Under the pieces are notes generated by a model. That model was not told where the DNA came from, made no database searches, and saw nothing but the letters and a program-made list of their open reading frames with translations. A program made the position numbers and the translations under genes. Positions 53,971 through 64,000 of a DNA stretch of 64,000 nucleotides are shown here, in pieces (within the stretch, counting starts at the first letter, position 1; every line of letters begins with the position of its first letter). Origin of the DNA: Lytechinus pictus (lineage: Eukaryota). The stretch is taken from assembly GCF_037042905.1 (NCBI RefSeq), contig NC_087249.1:9860001-9924000 (forward strand), in the 5' to 3' direction.

Positions 53971-54132
53971 TTAACTATAGCTGCACGTTTGAAAGCATCG
54001 GGTCGGTGGATGAAAACATGTGCTACTTCGTACAGGACCCAACGGATGACGAGGACTGGATATTAAGCAAAGGGTCGACTGGTAGTACATACACAGGCCC
54101 ATCAATCGACCATACACTCAAAACAGCAGAAG
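53971..54132 (+). CDS. MAM-domain protein exon 5 (MAM2 N-terminal part)
   Basis: SCTFESIGSVDENMCYFVQDPTDDEDWILSKGSTGSTYTGPSIDHTLKTAEG; phase 1-1. Confidence 0.9.
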
Positions 54133-54158
54133 GTATGTAGGGTGATTAAAAAAAAAGG

Positions 54159-55850
54159 ATGATGATGATGATAATGTTGGTGGTGGTGACGATGATGATA
54201 ATGTTGTTGGTGGTGACGATGATGATAATGTTGGTGGTGTCGATGATGATAATGTTGGTGGTGACGATGATGATAATGGTGGTGGTGACGATGATGATAA
54301 TGGTGGTGGTGACAATGATGATAATGTTGGTGGTTGTGACGATGATGATAATGTTAGTGGTGGTGACGTTGATGATAATGTTGGTGGTGGTGACGATGAT
54401 GATAATGTTGGTGGTGGTGACGATGATGATAATGTTGGTGGTGGTGACGTTGATGATAATGTTGGTGGTGGTGACGATGATGATAATGTTGGTGGTGGTG
54501 ACGATGATGATAATGTTGGTGGTGGTGACGATGATGATAATGTTGGTGGTGGTGACGATGATGATAATGTTGGTGGTGGTGACGATGATGATAATGTTGG
54601 TGGTGGTGACGATGATGATAATGTTGGTGGTGGTGACGATGATGATAATGTTGGTGGTGGTGACGATGATGATAATGTTGGTGGTGGTGACGATGATGAT
54701 AATGTTGGTGGTGGTGACGATGATGATAATGTTGGTGGTGGTGACGATGATGATAATGGTGGTGGTGACAATGATGATAATGTTGTTGGTGGTGACGATG
54801 ATGATAATGTTGGTGGTGTCGATGATGATAATGTTGGTGGTGACGAAGATGATAATGGTGGTGGTGACAATGATGATAATGTTGGTGATTGTGACGATGA
54901 TGATAATGTTAGTGGTGGTGACGTTGATGATAATGTTGGTGGTGGTGACGATGATGATAATGTTGGTGGTGGTGACGATGATGATAATGTTGGTGGTGGT
55001 GACGTTGATGATAATGTTGGTGGTGGTGACGATGATGATAATGTTGGTGGTGGTGACGATGATGATAATGTTGGTGGTGGTGACGATGATGATAATGTAG
55101 GTGGTGGTGACGATGATGATAATGTTGGTGGTGGTGACGATGATGATAATGGTGGTGGTGGTGACGATGATGATAATGTTGGTGGTGGTGACGATGAATG
55201 ATAATGTTGGTGGTGGTGACGATGATGATAATGTTGGTGGTGGTGACGATGATGAAAATGTTGGTGGTGACGATGATGATAATGTTGGTGGTGGTGATGA
55301 TGATGATAATGTTGGTGGTGGTGACGATGATGATAATGTTGGTGGTGGTGACGATGATGATAATGTTGGTGGTGGTGACGATGATGATAATGTTGGTGGT
55401 GGTGACGATGATGATAATGTTGGTGGTGGTGACGATGATGATAATGTTGGTGGTGGTGACGATGATGATAATGTTGGTGGTGGTGACGATGATGATAATG
55501 GTGGTGGTGGTGACGATGATGATAATGGTGGTGGTGGTGACGATGATGATAATGTTGGTGGTGGTGACGATGAATGATAATGTTGGTGGTGGTGACGATG
55601 ATGATAATGTTGGTGGTGACGATGATGATAATGTTGGTGGTGGTGATGATGATGATAATGTTGGTGGTGGTGACGATGATGATAATGTTGGTGGTGGTGA
55701 CGATGATGATAATGTTGGTGGTGGTGACGATGATGATAATGTTGGTGGTTTTGACGATGATGATAATGTTGGTGGTCGTGACGATGATGATAATGTTGGT
55801 GGTGGTGACGATGATAATGATGATGGCGATGAAGATAATGATGAAGATGC
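54159..55850. repeat. 27-bp minisatellite (gatgatgataatgttggtggtggtgac)n
   Basis: About 60 units with 24-bp variants; intronic. Confidence 0.95.
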
Positions 55851-56360
55851 ATGACGATGATAAAAACGATAATCTTAAAGATGATACAAATAATAACAAT
55901 ATCATACTACTAATAATAATGGTGATGGTAATGTCAATATTAATGATGCTGATGATAAAAGACAAAAATGATACCAAAAAAATGATGATGCTGACGATGA
56001 TAATAATATTTATGATGATATTGATAAAGGTACTTGTCATTTGTGGCGGTAGCGGTAACAGTCATGGTGGTAGTCAGGTGGGGTATATAGAAGCAGATTA
56101 TTGTCATCATTAATTAAAACTTATTATTTCACAAACGATTTTTCTTAGATATATTTTAAAATATGAAATCACAATTATTCCATTCCAATTTTCAAAAGTT
56201 AATTTTTCCCGAGAAGGCGGACTGTTCAAAGGGTTCAGCCACACTGTTTCTCAGTATTTTTTTTTTTACTTGAAATTTGGCAATTTTATAAAAATATGAA
56301 CTTATCAAAAAAAAAAAAACTATATTTAATTTGATTAATACCGTTTTGATCCCTCTGCAG

Positions 56361-56638
56361 GGTACTACCTCTACGTCGAGGCGTCCTACATGTCCATTGG
56401 ACATAAGACCCGGGTAATAACGCCGACTCTCCGGGGAGTGGCCGACGGGAGCCCAGTTGCTTGCCTTACGTTCTTCTATCACATGTTCGGCACGGATGTA
56501 GGCGGGCTCAAAGTGTACGTTTTGTCTCTCGGTACGAGTTTGGATGACGATACCGTTCCGGATTGGGGCCTCTCGGGAAACAGGGGCGACAAGTGGCGAG
56601 GGGCTGAGGTGGATATCACATTGGCTGACGATTTTGTG
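56361..56638 (+). CDS. MAM-domain protein exon 6 (MAM2 middle); gene continues beyond window (MALRD1/apical endosomal glycoprotein-like family)
   Basis: GYYLYVEAS...CLTFFYHMFGTDVGGLKVY...WGLSGNRGDKWRGAEVDI; gcag|...|gtgag. Confidence 0.9.
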
Positions 56639-56726
56639 GTGAGTAGGCCTATACCGTAACTTAATTGGCTCTTGAACAGAATAACTAAATGGTCATACCA
56701 TGCAGGAATGAGACAGTTGTAATAGC

Positions 56727-57154
56727 GGTTCCATGACAATTGCTCCGCCGACATTTGCTCCGCCGACAATTGCTACGCAAAATACGACAACTGCTCCGCC
56801 GACAATTGCTCCGGACAGTTGCTCCGCCGACAGTTGCTCTGTCGACACTTGCTCCGCCGATATGTGCTCCGTCGACACTTGCTCCGCCGATATTTGCTCC
56901 GCCGACATGTGCTCCGCCGACATCTGCTCCGCCGAAAATTGCTCCGCCGACAATTGCTCCGCCGATAATTGCTCTGCCGAAATCTGCTCCGATTATACGA
57001 CAATTGCTCCGCCGAAAATTGCTCCGATTATACGACAATTGCTCCGCGACAATTGCTCCGCCGACATCTGCTCCGATTATACGACAATTGCTCCGCCGAT
57101 AATTGCTCCGCCGACATCTGCTCCGCCGTAAATTGCTCCGATAATGCGACAATT
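56727..57154 (+). repeat. Left arm of foldback element: 15-bp (gctccgccgacaatt) subrepeats
   Basis: Seen directly; 14- and 20-bp unit variants present. Confidence 0.9.
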
Positions 57155-57582
57155 ATTTATTTATTTTTTTATTCGTACTTTTATACGCATAACAATTTTA
57201 GCACAGGCTGAAGGCGTCAATTTACCATGGAACATAGCTCCATGAATTTACAAAGTAAACTTAAACTATGCTTGCATGATATATTAAATGTCATACACAG
57301 GGGCCGCGGAACGGTTTTCAAAGTGAGGGCAGAGTCAAAAGTGGGGGCTGTCCATGCTAAAAATCACAATCATATGGTCATTCTTACGTTTTTTGTACAC
57401 GGCTTTGGAAAATTGGGGGGCTAAAGCCCCCCGGCTCCGCGGCCCCTGATACATGCATATAGAAAGAAATAGAAAAAAGGGGTAAGCACAAAGGAGGGAT
57501 AGATATTCTTAATGCTTATTCATGGTGGGGGGGGGGAGCATTTGTGTAAGTTTTATTACGTGCCTGGCGATTAGAATAAAAG

Positions 57583-59623
57583 ACTAGAATTTAATTCGTC
57601 ATGCGGACGAATTAGGTGGTCTGTCCTTATTTTATTGTACAAAATGCTTTTGGAAGTGTGCCCTCCATATTTTGATCAGATGCCGGGATCATAAATAGAC
57701 AGACAGATAGATAGTAAGATAGATAGATTTACAACATAAATAGTGTTTTATTTTGTAATATTTTAACTATTATTCATTGGAATTCTTATAAATCATCGTG
57801 TGCAAGATGAAAACAAAAATCATGTTCACCCACGAACTAGAATCCCTGCCCGCATGACTGAATGAGATGCAAGTCTGACGCCTAACTGATTGAGCTAAAA
57901 TATTTCCCATAGTCTTTACACGTATGCAAAATACGAGAATCTCAAAATTGAAATATTGCAAGTGAAATACGGGCATGATCCCGACATCTGTTCGGAAAAT
58001 AAAGGCAACACTAGCGAAAGCTTAGAATCTCAGCTACAACATTCTAAAAATTCAAGGATAACTAACAAGAAAAAAATAAATAGAGGAATGTTGTGAAGGA
58101 CGGAAGATGATAAAGTCGCTTTAGTATATGGTGATGCATGTGATATGAAAAAAATAATTATAATGTGTTTATCTTGCTAAATTTTAACTTTCATACCTTT
58201 TAATTATCATAAAGGATCATGTACGAGCTGGTAAAAAGAAAAAAAAATGAAAAAAAAAATCATCTGGTTCACCCCAGGACTCGAACCTGCGCCCCCGAGA
58301 ACGCAAGTCAAGTGCGATATCCATTGAACCACGATATTCCCCATAGAGATTACACGTTCCCATAGAGATTACACGTAAGCAAATTTGAGAATTGCAAATC
58401 CAACTTTGCAAGCGAAAAACGGGCATGATCCCGGTATCTGATCAAAAAATGGAGGGCACACTTCCGAAAGCTGAGAATCTTAGCTACAACATATTCAAAG
58501 CTCAGAGACAACTGACAAAAGAAAATGGAGATATAGCTCACGAAATAGAGGAATGTAGAATCTAGTTTTGAGAAAAAGTCATGTCCCATAGAGATTACAC
58601 GCAAAATGAGTAAAAATGACATGCCTTTATTATTTGCAAATTTTCAAGATGATCTGTTCATTAAAATGAAAAATAAAGGCAATAACTCAGAAAGAGTAAG
58701 ACCTAAGCTACAACATATCGAAAATTGGGCGAAAATTGACTAATATTCACGGAGTTAGAGCCTAATTTGCATAATTGTTATGACGTCATAACAAGCAAAA
58801 TGGATATTTTGATTTCCAACGCAGTTTTGATGACGTCATGATCAAATTGAGAGACAATGGTGACATGAAATCCAATCTACAACTCATATTCTATCGACAT
58901 TTGAAAAAAAAATTGGGGGTCAACGGACTATTTAAAGGGCTACAGTGAATTTTCAATAGGCATGTTTTTGCCCATATATAGCCTATAAAGAGAGCTCGCA
59001 CGCACACGTGCTGCAAACTTTAACGGGTGTTAATTTCGTTATTAATGGTCATAGAAGGTTGATCAAGGTATCAAATTGCTCAGAATTATATCATCAATGC
59101 AATGATGTAAAAAAAACTGTGTTTCTGTGATGCGTTATGGCGTTACGCGCGGAAACGCGCGCGCATACGTGCGTGCGCGCAAATTTTTTGAAATGCTTAA
59201 AATGACTTGAAACGTACCCAAAAAAATTTATAGGCCATTTGGAGAATTTTTTTGGCTTTGACGCGCGCGTACGCGCGCGTCTTGACCTTTACATGACCTT
59301 TGATGACATTGACAGATGACCTTTGACCTAAAGTTTATGTGATGTAAATATGGTTGATTATTGATGATCCATTATGTTGATATGATCAAATTGAGAATTT
59401 TACAAAATGGCGCGTAGATGACGTAATCATGACCAGATGACCTTGAAAAGCTTAGTATGCCGTCTCTATGATAGACTCCATATATGACAGAAAAATCAGC
59501 CAAATTGATTCTGCCAATTCGGAGAAAAGTTGGCGACAAACATAGGTGCTAAAAATAAATAATAAAGAAAGAAAATTCTGACGAAATTAAGAGGTGATCT
59601 GTCATAGACAGACCACCTAAAAA
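57583..59623 (-). mobile_element. Helentron-type HINE (~2 kb)
   Basis: Minus strand begins tttttaggtggtctgtctatgacagatcacct (palindromic subTIR) and ends gacagaccacc-taattcgtc.gcat.gacgaatta(hairpin)-aattctagt; internal direct repeats. Confidence 0.8.
58265..58340 (-). pseudogene. Degenerate tRNA-like sequence inside the HINE
   Basis: gtggttcaatggata (A box), gcaggttcgagtcctg (T arm/B box), ends in cca; acceptor and anticodon stems are poorly paired. Confidence 0.55.
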
Positions 59624-62383
59624 CGCGTTTTCATGTAATTATTATAACCATATAGCTCCATGTTATAACAGTAGAAACAAATTAGACATACCCCATTCTT
59701 AGCGTCAAAATCGCTCAGACTGGCGAAATATGCTCCGAAGTGGAAACATTTGCTCCAGGTGAAATTCAACGGTATACCCCACCTTATTTTGTCGAAAACC
59801 TGTACTGTAGTCACGCAAAATGTTTACTGTCGGCAAATTTTGTGCCATACAAACATGACCAAGACATTCAGTAAGTAAAAATTAATATTCAAGAAAATAC
59901 CAACTTGTGAAAGGCTACATGTCGTGTCACCTTCTCCGCACACCCCTCCACTCTGGTTTCCATATCCTCTCGTACACACAGTGCTCTCAGTCTGGTCTCC
60001 ACATCCACATCATGTCATACACACCGTAGGTTTTTAGATTATGATAATACTGTATATAATAGTGAGTTGCTTTTTTGTTTTATGTTGATCATGATTGTTT
60101 TCTTCACTGATAGAAAAAGGATAATTAAATTCTTTTAAATAATCCAAAAATAAAATCCATATGTTCTGTTTTATATAGTTATTAGTCAAGGTTACTTTAG
60201 TTCGCATTAGTTCTCATTGTTTATACGTTCTAATTCTTATGCATTATACCGATTTATATTGTACTTTAAATTTGACTATGTATTGTTACTTTGATTTTGT
60301 TGTGCTTTGTGAACGGAAAATGAATAAATCTTAATCTAAATCTAAATATGGTCCGCCAATAGTCGAATTATATTCATTATGATGTTATAATGTAAGTAAC
60401 AATTTGTTGTTGATGGGGGATATGATTTTGCACGTAGTTTAAAAAAATAAAAAAATCAATCAAACAAGATTTTCTTCTATAAATGATATACCTTCATGTG
60501 TATATGGCCGCCTATGTATTTTCCAAGAATGAACTATATGAGAAGAAAACGTGTGTTCATGTACTTATTATCATTATCATTGTACCACCATTATCATCAT
60601 CAGCATCATTATCAGCATCTTCATCATCACCATCATTATCATTGTCGTCGTCGTTTTGCTTATGCGGAAATCAAACAAAAATGATTGTGAAAAGGGTTAT
60701 GGAGGGATAGAGAGAGAGAGAGAGAGAAATAGGGGGAGTGAGTGAGAGCTTGAGGAAAAAAGGAGGTGTATGACTTATTATTTCTGAATATCGCGATTTC
60801 TGTTTATTCATGGGATTAAAATAGAAGGATAAACTTAACAAGTTCTTGTCATTATAATTTTTTATTTGATTTACTGATCAGAACATGAGATAAATGAAAT
60901 CATGAAGACTGTACGTTCTCGACAGTTTTATTAACGTTTTCCAACCAAAACTACACTTTAATGACTGCAAACACCTTCATTTTCACACACTCGCAACTAT
61001 GGACACAGTATACATGTAATTGAGAGTAGTGTCATTTTCAAAACCTTTATTAGCTGCAAGGAATACTGAATCTCATTTCCACAATGTGCATCTGAATGCA
61101 CAATGCCTGTGTTTCTAACATGTACCCAAATTACCAAATTTAAAGAACACATGTTAAGATCTAATGAATCAGCAAAATAATCCACATTCTATCATGATCA
61201 GCAGGCATAACAGCCTATATACTCTTCAATACTTCAATTACAGTTTGTCGAAAGAAATAACACAAAGAAAAAGAAATATATAGAATTGTAACTCTGGTAA
61301 ATATATCCAAAATTTTAAATTAACGCATCGTGCTCTCATTTCTTTTACGAGATATCTCCCCCCCCCCCGAGATATGCTTCATGTTTACAATTTAAAAAAG
61401 GCGTATAAATGTCCCCTTTCCATGTCAATAACAGCTCGTGCTTTGTGCTCGCATTATAAATTCAGTGAGATGCGTATTGGGTTTCATGAATTTGTAACTA
61501 TATTATTGCTGGTATATATATTATTGTCTTTTAAAAATAACATTATTTGTTTAGACGTAATGAGAGAGATACATACATATATTCATTTATTATAATATAT
61601 TTATATTGTCGCTATTGCACAGAATAGAACAAAAATACAACCGAAGTCTAGTTTTATAGTAACTCACCAGTAGCGTAATGAGCCAACAACCAAAAATTGA
61701 GGGGGCGAGACAAGGATGACATTTATTTTCCTTTCCTTTATTCTTTTTTTTTATTGGTAGGGAGAATGGGGGGATCCGTGACCCCTAGCACGCCCCTCCC
61801 CCATCTGTACGCCAGTGATGATCATACTTTCGTTTGAAACAAATTGAAGGGAAAAAAGTGCAAGGGTAGATAAGGCCGAAGAAGTAAATAAAAATTATTG
61901 ATACAAATATTAATAATTATAATACTGATAAATATACAATAAATCAAGCGGTCACCAATAAAAATAAACAACGTGAAAGAACAAAACGAGAGAGAGAGAG
62001 AGAGAGAGAGCCCGCGCGAATGTATGGTGTATAAGTTGCTGGAAAGCAGAAGAGATATTGTGTCCAGCACCCCCACCCCAAAATTCTCTCCCCGCTCAAG
62101 ACCGGAGTGAAACCAATGATAATAATATATGAACAAAAATCCAGATTCACAATTTCAATGGGGAGTGTGTCATTCCCCTTCTCCGTTACAATTTGTCAAG
62201 TGGCAGCGGCAGGGAGAACAATTTGTTTTGTTTTTTTAAGCAGAAAGCTGTGATGATAGGGGGAGAATAAAATAAATAAAACATTAACGAATAACAAGAA
62301 CAAAACAACGACAAAACAATTTGTATCAGGATGAATTTCTTATCATTTAACATAGACCAACTTGGAGAAATAAGATGTTCATG

Positions 62384-63107
62384 CAATTGTCGTATAATCG
62401 GAGCAGATGTCGGCGGAGAAAATATCGGCGGAGCAATTGTCGCGGAGCAATTGTCGTATAATCGAAGCAATTTTCGGCGGAGCAAATATCGGCGGAGCAA
62501 TTGTCGCGGAGCAATTGTCGCATAATCGGAGCAATTTTCGGCAGAGCAAATATCGGCGGAGCAATTGTCGCGGAGCAATTGTCGTATAATCGGAGCAGAT
62601 GTCGGCGGAGCAATTATCGGCGGAGCAATTGTCGGCGGAGCAATTGTCGGCGGAGCAGATGTCGGTGGGGCACATGTCGGCGGAGCAATTGTCGCGGAGC
62701 AATTGTCGTATAATCGGAGCAATTTTCGGCGGAGCAAATATCGGCGGAGCAATTGTCGCGGAGCAATTGTCGCATAATCGGAGCAATTTTCGGCAGAGCA
62801 AATATCGGCGGAGCAATTGTCGCGGAGCAATTGTCGTATAATCGGAGCAGATGTCGGCGGAGCAATTATCGGCGGAGCAATTGTCGGCGGAGCAGATGTC
62901 GGTGGAGCACATGTCGGCGGAGCAAATATCGGCGGAGCAAATATCGGCGGAGCAAGTGTCGACGGAGCACATATCGGCGGAGCAAGTGTCGACGGAGCAA
63001 CTGTCGGCGGAGCAATTGTCCGGAGCAATTGTCGGCGGAGCAACTGTCTTATTTTGCGTAGCAATTGTCGGCGGAGCAGATGTCGGCGGAGCAATTGTCG
63101 GGTCACC
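62384..63107 (-). repeat. Right arm of foldback element (inverted 15-bp subrepeats, with a 252-bp internal duplication)
   Basis: Reverse complement of 56727-57154 with the same order of variant units. Confidence 0.9.
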
Positions 63108-63159
63108 TGTGCCTGTGCTAGCAGTAGGTTGATAGTAACAATGGTAATCTGCATTAATT

Positions 63160-63174
63160 GTAATACTACTACTG

Positions 63175-63208
<34 letters not shown>

Positions 63209-63410
63209 AGCAACAACAAATATAAGTGATACAATTAATAATATCGACGATGATGATGATAATAATAACGATAATAATTATTATACGTATAATAATGATG
63301 GGGATAATAATATTAATAATGATAATAATAATAATAATGATTATAGCCATAATAATAATGATAATGATAATAATTACAATAATAATAATGGTGATAATGA
63401 TAATACAATA
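63160..63410. repeat. (TAC)n/(AAT)n microsatellite
   Basis: Seen directly. Confidence 0.85.
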
Positions 63411-64000
63411 CGAGCGACCCAAACAAATTTACTTCTATAACCACAAGAATAAAAACAAAAATTAAATTCCCAAGAAATACCACCGAATATGTTCATATCT
63501 ACCACTGATTAAGAAATTCAACCAGTGAACGTACTCGGTAAACTATTACACCTTCTTCGCATTAAGGTCATGTATTTTTCAATTTTTTTAGTAATAAAAT
63601 ATGGTGGCTTCCATATATAATTGATATGCAATGAGACTTGTGCAATCCCCCAAAATGATTAGTCAAAGAGACCAGGCTGCTGGGAGATTCAATTCAATTT
63701 ATTTATTCATTTATTTCAGATGTAACAATATAAAATGTATAAAGGTTAGAAAAAGGGTAGCACCTCCAAAAGCTTACGCTTGTCGAGCAAGGCACTCTCT
63801 TATACAAAGAACAGCAAGAAAAGAAAATATCAATATAACATAAATAAGATAATTACATTGAACATAGACACATGAGACATTTATAACCATGATAAATGAA
63901 ATGAAATGCATACGTTAATTGATTCTGCACCAATCAATGTGTCTTGCCGATAAAAATGGTCAGTTTCATCCAAAATTCTGGTCGCTTTTAACCAATAAAC

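Noticed and set aside
54118..56113. Long ORFs (640, 568, 313 aa etc.)
   Set aside because: Artefacts of the triplet-based minisatellite. Read-through from the MAM exon stops immediately (GAA GGT ATG TAG).
56685..57211. Pentapeptide-repeat-like ORFs (TIAPP/NCSAD/SAEQL), also at 62186-63440
   Set aside because: Translations of 15-bp DNA subrepeats. They are open in many frames on both strands and broken by 14- and 20-bp units.
58265..58340. Functional tRNA gene
   Set aside because: Acceptor and anticodon stems do not pair properly, and it is embedded in a repeat.
56727..63107. CRISPR-like array interpretation
   Set aside because: The repeats are contiguous with no unique spacers, there are no cas genes, and the context is a eukaryotic intron.

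Overview
AT-rich, repeat-dense eukaryotic genomic DNA, inferred to be from a deuterostome invertebrate and most likely a sea urchin, based on the proteins and repeat types. Three spliced genes lie on the + strand. (1) The last two coding exons of Mef2 (3440-4749), followed by a probably very long 3' UTR. (2) A complete 8-exon AAGAB (alpha/gamma-adaptin-binding protein p34) gene (14234-28027, 394 aa). (3) The first six coding exons of a secreted tandem-MAM-domain protein (43781-56638), which continues beyond the window. The rest is mostly transposon-derived: a three-way LINE nest (28659-33120), several TTAA-flanked Kolobok/T2-like MITEs, three Helentron-type non-autonomous elements (HINEs), tRNA-derived SINEs and mini/microsatellites. 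There is also a 6.4-kb foldback (TU-like) structure with inverted arms of 15-bp subrepeats (56727-63107), plus a 215-bp miniature relative with an 8-bp TSD. All calls come from manual reading and recalled family motifs; no database searches were run.
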